DNA of 64,000 nt from Candidatus Lustribacter sp. (GCA_965277805.1 OZ255842.1:3072001-3136000); one strand, 5' to 3'; positions 28,109 to 36,904 are shown, counted from the stretch's first letter. Numbers and translations: made by a program. Notes: a model not told the origin generated them from the letters alone.

Positions 28109-30331
28109 CTGAGCAGCGACGCCAGGTCCGGCGTAATCGATGGCGCTCCAGCCTTCGGGCCGCTATTGCGCCGCTTGCGAATTGCCGCCGGCCTCTCGCA
28201 AGAGGCCCTCGCCGAGCGTGCGCGGATCAGCACCGAAGCGGTCGGCTCGCTGGAACGCGGCTCGCGCCGTGCGCCGCAGCGCCAAACGCTGGCGCTGCTG
28301 ATCGATGCGCTGCGGGTCGAGGGCGAGGAACGCATCAGGCTCGAGCAGGCCGCGATTCGACCGTCGTTGCCGCGCCGGCGCGAAAGTGGCCCGAGCGTGG
28401 CCGGCGTGGCCTCCGCATTGCGTCTGCCGGCACCGCTGACGTCGTTCGTCGGACGCGGACGCGATCTGCACGTCCTCGAAGCGGCGATCTCCGGCGCGCG
28501 CCTGGTTTCGCTCGTCGGCCCGGGCGGTGTCGGCAAGAGCCGGCTCGCACTCGAGGCGGCGCGGCGATCCGGGGACCGTTTCGCAGACGGCGTGGTGCTC
28601 GTCGAACTGGCCCCGATTGCAGCCGGAGCGTCGGTAGTCAGCGCGTTCGCAACCGCGCTAGGCGTCGCCGACGAGGGCGAGATACGGCTGCTCGACCGCG
28701 TCGTCGCGGCTTGCCGTGCGGGGCACCGGCTCATTATCGCCGACAATTGCGAGCACGTGCTCGATGCGTGCGCCGAAGTCGTGCTCGCATTGCTGAGCGT
28801 TTGTCCAAACGTGCGCGTGATGGCGACGAGCCGTGAGCCGTTGCGCGTAGTGGGCGAACACATTCTGCGGCTCGGCCCGCTTGAACCCGAAGCGGCGCTG
28901 CAGCTCTTCATCGACCGCGCCAAAGCGGTTGCGCCGCACCTGCGCTTCGAACCGGACGAATTGGAGGTTGCCGCACAAATTTGCGGCCGCGTCGACGGGA
29001 TTCCGCTGGCGATCGAATTGGCCGCCTCGCGGGCCGACATCTTCGACCTCGAAACGATACTCGCCCGGCTGCGCGAACGCTTCAAGCTGCTCTCGGTCGG
29101 ATCTCGCACCACGCTTCCGCACCATCGGACACTGCGCGCGCTCGTCGACTGGAGTCACGAACTGCTCGACCCCGACGAAGCGCGGCTGTTCGGGCGCCTC
29201 GGAATCTTTGCCGGCGGCGGCCGGTTCGATGACGTGGAGCGAATTCTCGCCTTCGACGGGATCGAACCGGGTCCCATCTGGGAATTCCTCGCCCGGCTGC
29301 ATGCCAAGTCGCTCGTCGATGTCGACCGCGCTAATCCGCCGCGCTTCTCAATGCTGCAGACGATTCACGATTACGCCCGGGAACGACTCGCCGGCACCAA
29401 CGAAATCGCCCAACTCGAGCACCGGTTTGCGACGCATTTTCTTGAGTTGGTGATTGCGTCCGGCCCGGCACTGCGCAGCGCTCTCCAAGGCGAAACGATC
29501 GACCGTCTGTCGGCGGAAGTGGACAACATTCGTTCCGCCTTGACGCTGAGCGGCGGAAATCCGGCGCTGCACGAACTAGGCTTACGAGCGCTGGGGCCAC
29601 TCGCATTTTATTGGATGCGCACGGGCGCGTTAACCGAGGCATCGACGCGCATCGAGTCGCTCACCAAAGATGCGCGGAAACCGACGCTCGGCGTCGCTTG
29701 GGCATGCGCCGGCGGCGCGTTCATCGAGTTCAACCGGGCGCGCTTTCCCGAGGGAAACGCCTATGCCGCGCGGGCCCACGAAGCCGCGCAGGCGTGCGGC
29801 GATGAGTGGGTGAGCATCTACGCTTCGTTAGCCGTCTGTTGGGGACGTTCGCGCGCCGGCGAGAGTCCGGATGCAGCGGTTCTCGACGCCTACGAACGCG
29901 CGCAACGCCTCGGCGATCCCTGGCTCATCGTGTCAGCCGCCTTTGAGTTGGGCGGAGCGGCGCTCGCGCGAAATGACCGCGCGAGTGCGACGGACCGTTT
30001 TTCCGAAGCTCTCGAAAGCGCGCGAACGATCGGCGACAAGTTCATGGTGTCGTCGTCGGCGGTGCAACTCGGACGTTTGCTCGCAGAAAATGAACCGGTC
30101 AAAGCCGCCCGGCTGATCGGCGATGCCATCGAAAACCTAGCGCCGAGCGCCGTCCGGGCACGTTCGGTGTGCATGGACGCACTGGCGCCGATCGCGCTTG
30201 CGTTCGATCGGCCGGATGATGCCGCCCGGATAACGGAAACCGCGAGCACCCTCCGGCTGACGGCCGGCGGCGGATCGTCGCTTGCCGAAGCAAACGACGC
30301 CGTTCACTCATTCTTGTCCGCCCTGAACTAG
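28109..30331 (+). CDS. XRE-HTH + NB-ARC (STAND) ATPase + TPR-like regulator; start uncertain (CTG 28109 or TTG 28166)
   Basis: 'FGPLLRRLRIAAGLSQEALAERA..ERG', 'LTSFVGR', Walker A 'GPGGVGKS', 'DNCEH', 'DGIPLAIELAA', 'DWSHELL'. Confidence 0.85.
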   Translation: MSSDARSGVIDGAPAFGPLLRRLRIAAGLSQEALAERARISTEAVGSLERGSRRAPQRQTLALLIDALRVEGEERIRLEQAAIRPSLPRRRESGPSVAGVASALRLPAPLTSFVGRGRDLHVLEAAISGARLVSLVGPGGVGKSRLALEAARRSGDRFADGVVLVELAPIAAGASVVSAFATALGVADEGEIRLLDRVVAACRAGHRLIIADNCEHVLDACAEVVLALLSVCPNVRVMATSREPLRVVGEHILRLGPLEPEAALQLFIDRAKAVAPHLRFEPDELEVAAQICGRVDGIPLAIELAASRADIFDLETILARLRERFKLLSVGSRTTLPHHRTLRALVDWSHELLDPDEARLFGRLGIFAGGGRFDDVERILAFDGIEPGPIWEFLARLHAKSLVDVDRANPPRFSMLQTIHDYARERLAGTNEIAQLEHRFATHFLELVIASGPALRSALQGETIDRLSAEVDNIRSALTLSGGNPALHELGLRALGPLAFYWMRTGALTEASTRIESLTKDARKPTLGVAWACAGGAFIEFNRARFPEGNAYAARAHEAAQACGDEWVSIYASLAVCWGRSRAGESPDAAVLDAYERAQRLGDPWLIVSAAFELGGAALARNDRASATDRFSEALESARTIGDKFMVSSSAVQLGRLLAENEPVKAARLIGDAIENLAPSAVRARSVCMDALAPIALAFDRPDDAARITETASTLRLTAGGGSSLAEANDAVHSFLSALN

Positions 30332-30333
30332 CC

Positions 30334-30591
30334 TCAGGGATGCGTGATGACGTTAACGATTTGAAAATTGCCCGGCGGGGGCTTATCGCCTACAACGATC
30401 ATGCTTGCGGCCAGCGTCATGATGTTCTGGACGTCCCCGGGTTGGACGAGATTCTGCGGCATGACCGTTTCGTTGATGAGGTTGGCTATTTTCTCGTTGC
30501 TGCTTCCCGCGCCGGCTAATGCTTCGCGTACCCGTGGGTTCGTCGCCAGATGACCGACCCAGCTGCGGGTGATTTGATCGATGTCTGTCAT
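30334..30591 (-). CDS. 85-aa small protein; candidate precursor/substrate of the YcaO-TfuA pair
   Basis: AAGGAG RBS overlapping the ycaO stop, 8-nt gap; protein-like composition. The precursor role is inference. Confidence 0.7.
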   Translation of the reverse strand: MTDIDQITRSWVGHLATNPRVREALAGAGSSNEKIANLINETVMPQNLVQPGDVQNIMTLAASMIVVGDKPPPGNFQIVNVITHP

Positions 30592-30599
30592 GGTGCTCC

Positions 30600-31871
30600 T
30601 TAGAACGTAGGGACTGGAACGAGGTTGAGAATGGCGCGGACCGCCGGTCCGTACGTATTGCCGGACGCGGGAGTTTCAAGGCGTGGCGCAACGGCCCGCA
30701 CGACGTAGAGGGGAAGGTCCGTCGGGGAAAGATCGACGAGCGCGACTGGTCCGGCGTTCGCGGCGCGCAATGCGGCGACGAGCACACCCACGTCTAGCGC
30801 TACGTCGCTCGTCGATCGATCGGCGAACGAACTTAGCGCGCGCGCGGGGGCCGGCGCATCGTAGAACCAGCGCCCCGACGGAACGCCGAACGTGCGCCGA
30901 ATGCCGTAATCAGGAACGTTCGCGTCATCGTGACGGCACAGATCTTCGCGCGCGCCCAAAAAGTCGGAAGCGCGCGCTTGAGCGGCTTCGGTGAGGGCGC
31001 GGATCGCGGCATGCTCGGGCGACAACGAGCAGCCGGCGCCGCTGTGCGCCGCGGATTCACCGCCCGCGTGGTCGGCGATCGTCGCTAAGACAAGAAGCGG
31101 AAATGGATCGACCTCCAGCGCGCGTAGCCGGCACGACAGGCCCGCCGAACGGATCCGATCGATGAGCGCATCCACCATCGCGAACCCGGAGGGCACCTCG
31201 ATATCCGAAGCGATCGGGTCATCGATGAACCCGGGGATCGATCCGGTTCCGCCGGTAAAGCGCGAGACGATCGCCCGCGGACGAAGATATCCCCGGGCGT
31301 GTCCAACCGCCCAAAGATGGCGCTCGGCCAGCTCCGTCACCGCATGGTAAACGGCTTCGGCATACGTGTTTCCGCTCGCCAGTCCGTTGGACGAGTCGCC
31401 GAAGATGACGCGTTCACCATGCCACGGACACTGCACGAGAGCGAGCGGGACGTCAAGCGCATCGCCTGTGAGCAAATCCGTCCCAGCGACGCAGACGATC
31501 TCTTCCGCCGGCGGCGGCGGCCAGTGGCCGCCGGGATCGATTGCGGCCAGCACGGTCTTGGCATCGCGCACGAACGCCGGCAAACGCGGCGCAGCCGCGA
31601 CCTGCCGTTCAACGGCTTCCATCACCGCTCCGGCGAGCGCGCTCTCGCGCGTCGGTCCCTTGCCGTTGTAGACGCTGATGACGTCCGGTGAGCCGGGGGC
31701 GATCGCGCTCATTACCGGAATGCCGATTCGATCGAGGTGCGTGATGTCGGCGATGCGCGTGATGCCGAAGCGCTCGCGCAGTTGCGGAATCAGCGCGAGC
31801 GTTTGTTCCACCGGCACGCAGCGGTCGAACGAACCCGGCGCTTTCGGAGCGCAACGCACAAGCTCAAGCAA
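30600..31871 (-). CDS. ycaO: YcaO family ATP-dependent amide-backbone activating enzyme (TfuA-associated type); start TTG 31871 or GTG 31859
   Basis: 'GITRIADITHLDRIGIPV', 'YNGKG...GAVMEAVER', 'SNGLASGN...ELAERH', 'RALTEAAQAR...GAREDL'. Confidence 0.92.
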   Translation of the reverse strand: MLELVRCAPKAPGSFDRCVPVEQTLALIPQLRERFGITRIADITHLDRIGIPVMSAIAPGSPDVISVYNGKGPTRESALAGAVMEAVERQVAAAPRLPAFVRDAKTVLAAIDPGGHWPPPPAEEIVCVAGTDLLTGDALDVPLALVQCPWHGERVIFGDSSNGLASGNTYAEAVYHAVTELAERHLWAVGHARGYLRPRAIVSRFTGGTGSIPGFIDDPIASDIEVPSGFAMVDALIDRIRSAGLSCRLRALEVDPFPLLVLATIADHAGGESAAHSGAGCSLSPEHAAIRALTEAAQARASDFLGAREDLCRHDDANVPDYGIRRTFGVPSGRWFYDAPAPARALSSFADRSTSDVALDVGVLVAALRAANAGPVALVDLSPTDLPLYVVRAVAPRLETPASGNTYGPAVRAILNLVPVPTF

Positions 31872-32499
31872 CGGCGCCCACCCGGGTACGTGCGCGCAAC
31901 ACGCGGCGCAACGCAAAGCGCGCATCCCAGCGCTTGAGATCGCCTTCGCGACGTGCGATGTCGAGCAGTGCGGATTGGGCCGCCGCCGGCGCACAGGCTA
32001 CGGCGCCCGGCCAAGATCGTTCGGCGTAGTAGATCGTCGTGCGCGCTTCGTGGATCCAGTCGCGAGCCGCGGTACCATCGAGGATCCCGCGGCGAAGGGC
32101 GAGCCACGCAACGTAGCGGACGTTCACCGACGGAACGCTCAAGGGGGCGTGCGTTTGCGGATGCATCGCGACCGCGACCTCGTCGTCGCCGTCGATCGCA
32201 CCGCTTTCGTACCAGCGCGCGATCGCGCCCAGCGCAACGGCGCCGTAGGGACGGCATTCAACGGCGCGTAGCGCGCCCATACTGGCAGCACCGTAGAGCC
32301 GCACGCGGCGCGCTGCGGCGAGAACTTCTTTCGGCGTCGGCGCGAGTTCGTGGTGAAAGACGCCATCCAGCAGCAAAACGGCACCGAACGTTTCGGCCGC
32401 ACGCGCGACGTCACCGCGCGCTGCCGGCGGCGCGTACGTGACTCCGGGAAGCATGAGCCGGTCGGCGGGCGGCAACGACGGGCCAGCAAAAACACAGAT
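31864..32499 (-). CDS. tfuA: TfuA-like protein (start codon problematic, see findings)
   Basis: 'VFAGPSL', 'PPAARGD', 'LLDGVF...PTPKEV', 'GAASMGALRAVE', 'DDEVAV', 'PLSVPSVNVR', 'YYAERSW', 'DLKRWDA'. Confidence 0.9.
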   Translation of the reverse strand: MCVFAGPSLPPADRLMLPGVTYAPPAARGDVARAAETFGAVLLLDGVFHHELAPTPKEVLAAARRVRLYGAASMGALRAVECRPYGAVALGAIARWYESGAIDGDDEVAVAMHPQTHAPLSVPSVNVRYVAWLALRRGILDGTAARDWIHEARTTIYYAERSWPGAVACAPAAAQSALLDIARREGDLKRWDARFALRRVLRARTRVGAVA

Positions 32500-32700
32500 G
32501 CGTTCTAGAAACGCATCGTCGGCGTCTTCGTCGAAAGCTCTGATTTCGATGCGTCCGGTGTTCTCGCGCTCCGCTGGATCGCCTTCATGCTTTGGGCCGC
32601 CGCAGCACCGAAAGATTCGCCCTTATCAGCCGCCGCCGGCCCGGCTACGATGGGATCGAGAGACAGCGTATCTCTCTGTCTTTTCCAAGAAAGCAAGACC

Positions 32701-33027
32701 ATGCAGAAGTACATTTTTGCGGTCGCACTCGCAGCCGCCGTTGGGGCGCCGGCCATTGCCTCCGCGCAGACCGCCCCGGTGAGCGTGACGACGATCGTCT
32801 GCCGCACGCCGAACGCGGGCGAAACGGCGACCGCGAACATCCAAAACGCGCCGGTTGTGTGCCACGTAATCAATGTGGAGAAAATCCGTACGGCGATGAA
32901 CGCCGTGATGAATTCGAACCTGAGCACCGATCAAAAGGCGAAAATGCAAACGGCGATGACGGTCCTTAGAGACGAACTGCAGCTCGAACCGACATATCCG
33001 GGCTTCAACGGCAACCCGAATAACTGA
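32701..33027 (+). CDS. secreted hypothetical protein
   Basis: Signal peptide MQKYIFAVALAAAVGAPAIASA; two Cys; no family recognised. Confidence 0.7.
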   Translation: MQKYIFAVALAAAVGAPAIASAQTAPVSVTTIVCRTPNAGETATANIQNAPVVCHVINVEKIRTAMNAVMNSNLSTDQKAKMQTAMTVLRDELQLEPTYPGFNGNPNN

Positions 33028-33048
33028 CGCAGCCCGCGCGCACAAGCG

Positions 33049-33077
33049 AGCAGCGGCCCCCGAGGGTGACCGCTGCT
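33049..33077. terminator. hairpin between convergent genes (possible bidirectional terminator)
   Basis: 8-bp stem AGCAGCGG...CCGCTGCT. Confidence 0.45.
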
Positions 33078-34069
33078 TATTTGCCGCCGGGATTCGTGAT
33101 CAGTGAGGCAATCGAGACGGTGACGGCGCCGGTGCGTGCTAACGCGCGGCCCGTGAATTGCGTGGCCGAGGTTAGCGTGACCGAATCCAACGCGAGAACA
33201 TTGCCGGAGAACGACTGGGCGCCGAGGATTGCCGAACTGCCGACTTGCCAGTAGATGTTGCACGCGTTGGCGCCGTTGATCAGGTTCACGTTGCCGCTGT
33301 TCGTTCCGTTGAGCGTCGTGGTGAGCGTGCTCCCGGCTTGAAAAATGAAGACGCTCTGCGCGTTGCCGCCGCCGTCGAGCGTCAGATTTCCGGCCAAGAT
33401 GCTCATCGATGAAGCCGACTTATAAACGCCCGGAGGTAACGTGCCGGTCGGGTGGCCGGGCACGCTGGCCTGCGAAAGATCTTGTCCGCCGGGGAACGTC
33501 ACGGTCGACGCCACGCCGGCAAAGTTGTTATACGCGACGGTCAAGGCGCTTTGGGCCGCGAGCGTGACGGCCGGCTGATTGCTGTATCCGGCGCCGATAG
33601 CGTAGATGGCGGCGGGACCGTCGGCATCCGTACCCGGCGGATAGAATCCAACCACGGCAGTCCCGGGCGACACGCCGATCAGATCGTCATTCAAACTTCC
33701 GGTGGTCGCACCGGGCGCATACGTCACATTGGTCAAGCCGGTGTTCGTAATCGTCGAACCGGCTAGCAATGCGAACGGCGTCAGCGCCGTTCCGAGCGCC
33801 AACGCTCCGGCGCCTTGACTGCACGCAACGGCGGGAACAAACGGTACGGTTGTGGGTACCGTCGTCGGAGCCGTCGTCGGCACACCGCCCGGCCCCGTCG
33901 TTGGAAATGTCGTCGGAGCGGTCGTGGGAACTCCGACGGGACCCGCCGCTGCGCCGGCGGTAAAGCCGGGGACGTTGCAGTTACACGCGCCGCACGCGGC
34001 CAGCGACAAGACGGAAGCGAGCGCTGCGAACCGCTGCGGTTTTTTGAACATGTTGCTCATCCTCATCAC
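33077..34069 (-). CDS. DUF3494 ice-binding lipoprotein with Pro/Thr-rich linker
   Basis: Lipobox 'LAAC'; PTT repeats; 'FALLAGSTITNTG', 'PGVY', 'LTLDGGG..VFIFQAGSTLTT', 'NIYWQVGSSA', 'GRALA'. Confidence 0.9.
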   Translation of the reverse strand: MMRMSNMFKKPQRFAALASVLSLAACGACNCNVPGFTAGAAAGPVGVPTTAPTTFPTTGPGGVPTTAPTTVPTTVPFVPAVACSQGAGALALGTALTPFALLAGSTITNTGLTNVTYAPGATTGSLNDDLIGVSPGTAVVGFYPPGTDADGPAAIYAIGAGYSNQPAVTLAAQSALTVAYNNFAGVASTVTFPGGQDLSQASVPGHPTGTLPPGVYKSASSMSILAGNLTLDGGGNAQSVFIFQAGSTLTTTLNGTNSGNVNLINGANACNIYWQVGSSAILGAQSFSGNVLALDSVTLTSATQFTGRALARTGAVTVSIASLITNPGGK

Positions 34070-34071
34070 GG

Positions 34072-35366
34072 CTAGATCTTCACGCCGAGACCGATATACG
34101 GGCCGTCATGGATCTGACCAATCGGTGCGTTTTTGGTCGCGGCGTAATGATCGCCGCTGAATCCGCCAAAGAGATAGACCGGCGAGTGCGCGATGACGAG
34201 CGCGACGCCGATATCGTATTTGATGATTTGATACTGCTGTTGATAGCTGGTGCCGGCGTTGGGGCTCGCCGCATTGCTGACGGTATACGTGCCCGAGGCA
34301 CTCGGATAATAGAATGCGGAACCGTAGAAGCTCAGCCCGGGCCGTAGATCCGGTAGCTTTTCGAGCCCAACGCCGACCGCGTTCAAGTTCGGATAGCCGT
34401 AGTTGTTGGCGTCGTGAAGGTAGGCTACGCCGGCGTAGATGCGCGGCTTCAGGACTTGATATTCCAGCCGGATGTCGAGGCTGGTTTGGCGCGCCATGAA
34501 CACCGGTGTGAATGCCGTTCCGCCGTCGATGGTCGCAAATTGCGTGTAGTGATTGCCGATTCCATCAACGGCGTTGCTGCTCGTGACGTAGGCGTCTTGC
34601 CGGAAATCGGCTTTGAGCGCGATGGGTGAATTCTGCGGCGCGAAGGCGGCGTTGAAGATGAACGTATCGCAATACGTTCCGGCCACGAACTCGTTGTAAT
34701 TCTTCGGCGTCGAGTACGCGGCTTGGAGGAAGGCCGTATACGAGGGTTCGAGCGGCACGGGAGTAGGCGGCACGGCGATCGCGACGGGCAGCGTAACGGC
34801 CGCGGACGGCTTCGGTGTGACGACCGGAGTCGCGGTGGGTACGACGACCGGCGGCGCGCTCGGAGGCGGCGGCGCGGGCAACGCGATGTAGCGTACGACG
34901 ACGACGCGCCGCTCCGGGACCCATTGCACGTAGGCGCCCATCGCTTCGGAAATCACGCGCACCGGAACGAGAACCACGCCCTTGTAGAGCATCGGCGGCA
35001 CGTCGAGCGCGCGCGACTCGCCGTTGATGATGACTTCGTTTTTGCCTAACGTGACCGAGACGCTCGACCCCGGCTTCGCTGCGGTGATGGTTTTGCCGTC
35101 CGCCGAAACCGAGACGCTTGCGCCCATCTGTTCGAACATGCTACGTAACGGCACGTAAATCTCGCCGTCTTTAACGAGCGCGGCCAGCACGCGCGCCTGC
35201 TCGAGCAAGTCGGGCTTGGCATAGACGGTGTGGTCGTTGAAGAGGATCGGAACTTCAGCGGCCGGCGGGCTACCGAAGTCGGCCGCTCGCGCGCCGGCGC
35301 CGCTTAAGAGCAGCGCAGCAAAAGAGACGCTTACCGCAACGAATTGCGTGAGAGCCGTGCTCGCAT
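34072..35366 (-). CDS. copper amine oxidase N-terminal-domain protein with C-terminal beta-barrel-like region; apparent frameshift just after ATG 35366
   Basis: 'DFGSPPAAEVPILFNDHTVYAKPD', 'YVPLRSMFEQMGA', 'VPVRVISEAMGAYVQW', Pro-rich linker, C-terminus 'GPYIGLGVKI'. Confidence 0.75.
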
Positions 35367-35473
35367 AGCAGAAGCCTTCCCATAGAGCAAAGGCCCTACG
35401 ATTTGGATGGACGGGCTAGCGGTACGGCAGTACTGCGTCCGTTATAGTACCAAATTACCCGGGAAAGCCATAC

Positions 35474-36427
35474 CTAAACGGCACTATACATTATATCGGA
35501 CGCCGGGAACGGCGCGAACTTCGCGTACTTTGCCGTCACGTCGATCCACGGTTGGAGTTCGGCCGCGATCAGCCGGTCCGAAAAATAGGTCCGGTTGGAT
35601 TGCGCGATGACGGCCGGATCGCCGTGCAGGTCCTTCGCCAGAATCGGTATCGTCTTCGCCGGATTCGCGTTGGCCCAACGTCCGGCATCGCGCATCGCCG
35701 AGACAAAACGCGCGACGAGATCGGGATGCGCTTTGGCCCAGGGGGCGGTGGCGAACCAGACCGTCGCGAGATAACTCGTCCCCAGTGCGTCGTCCGGATA
35801 CACGAACGAGCGAACCGTTCCCGACTTCAGCGCGGTCGTTAAAAACGGTTCGACCATGTACGCCGCGTCCACGCGGCCCGAGGTGAGCGCGTCGGCCTCG
35901 AGCGGAAACGGAATCTCGACGAACTTCACCGTCGATGAATCGCCGCCGTGTTTATCCATCCACGCGCGCGGCAGGAACTCGCCGATCGTTCCGAGCCCCG
36001 GCGTCGCAAACGTCTTGCCGTTGAAATCCGCCGCTGTTTTCGCGGTCGAAGTGTTCGCGACCATGATGCTGCCGACAATTTTTCCCGGTTGCCAGCCGGC
36101 GCCGGGCGCGATGCAGACGAACGGCAAGCCGCGCACGTGCGCGACGGCGATCGTCGAGATGTTTGCGAACGCCGCGATGTCGTAGGTGCCGGCCGCGACG
36201 GCAGCGACGATCGCGGGCGTCGATGCGTTTTGCGTGATCTCGACGTTCAAGCCGGCCTTGCTGAAGTAGCCGTTTTCGCTGGCATAATAGATCAATGCGG
36301 CAGGCTCGTTCGGAATCATCGCCGCGTGAACAAGCGGCATCGTCTGCGCTTGCGCCGGCGCGGCGCACCACGGGAACGCAGCTGTCGCGGCCAAGCCCTG
36401 AACGACGCGTAAGCGGGTGACTGCCAT
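35474..36427 (-). CDS. NitT/TauT ABC substrate-binding protein
   Basis: 'DFNGKTFATPGL...WMDKHGGDSSTVKFVEIPF'. Confidence 0.85.
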   Translation of the reverse strand: MAVTRLRVVQGLAATAAFPWCAAPAQAQTMPLVHAAMIPNEPAALIYYASENGYFSKAGLNVEITQNASTPAIVAAVAAGTYDIAAFANISTIAVAHVRGLPFVCIAPGAGWQPGKIVGSIMVANTSTAKTAADFNGKTFATPGLGTIGEFLPRAWMDKHGGDSSTVKFVEIPFPLEADALTSGRVDAAYMVEPFLTTALKSGTVRSFVYPDDALGTSYLATVWFATAPWAKAHPDLVARFVSAMRDAGRWANANPAKTIPILAKDLHGDPAVIAQSNRTYFSDRLIAAELQPWIDVTAKYAKFAPFPASDIMYSAV

Positions 36428-36511
36428 AACATCGCCTCCTGCGGCATTGCACCGAGAGTGCGCGCGTTGGCCAAGTGGGTATACGCGCCCTGCAGAGAGG
36501 GAGGATCGTTT

Positions 36512-36904
36512 ATGTCATGGTCGGTGGGAACAGTTGGGCACTTCGGACTCGCCGTGCGCGATCCGAAGAAGAGCGCGCGCTGGTGGATCAAGAACTTGGG
36601 CTTTAAACAAGCGTTCGCGTTTGAGGGCGGCGTCGCAATCGAAAACGACGCCATCACGATCGTGCTCAAGAAGGGTACGCCGCGGCCGAGCACGATCGGC
36701 CACATGTCGTTTCATCTTCGCTCGATGCGCGCTTTACGCGAGGCGCTGGCCGATTTGCGCAAGCGCCGCGTCGAATTAGAAGATCCGGGGGATGAGATCG
36801 GGCCGGAAGCCCCCGGCTCGCCGCATTGCGGGCTGTGGTTCCATGACCCCGACGGCTATCGCTGGGAACTCTCGGTTCAGAACGCCCTCAAGCGCCGCAC
36901 GTAG
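36512..36904 (+). CDS. VOC family protein
   Basis: GGAGG RBS; 'GHFGLAVRD', 'GHMSF', 'FHDPDGYRWEL'. Confidence 0.85.
   Translation: MSWSVGTVGHFGLAVRDPKKSARWWIKNLGFKQAFAFEGGVAIENDAITIVLKKGTPRPSTIGHMSFHLRSMRALREALADLRKRRVELEDPGDEIGPEAPGSPHCGLWFHDPDGYRWELSVQNALKRRT

Noticed and set aside
28109-30331. STAND ATPase as an Avs/NLR-type anti-phage system
   Set aside because: The N-terminal domain is an XRE HTH and the ATPase motifs match AfsR-type transcriptional regulators; no nuclease, TIR or SIR2 effector.
30600-32499. YcaO-TfuA as a methanogen MCR thioamidation system or a linear azole cluster
   Set aside because: Bacterial context with no mcr genes; no E1-like or dehydrogenase partner; no Cys/Ser-rich core.
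32505-32588. 27-aa Ser/Thr-rich ORF (MKAIQRSARTPDASKSELSTKTPTMRF) just upstream of tfuA as an alternative RiPP precursor
   Set aside because: No recognisable RBS or leader. The 85-aa ORF has much better translational signals. Not fully excluded.
33840-33940. Short repeats as a CRISPR or tandem DNA repeat
   Set aside because: They encode the PTT linker of the ice-binding protein. No repeat-spacer array or cas gene was seen anywhere in the window.
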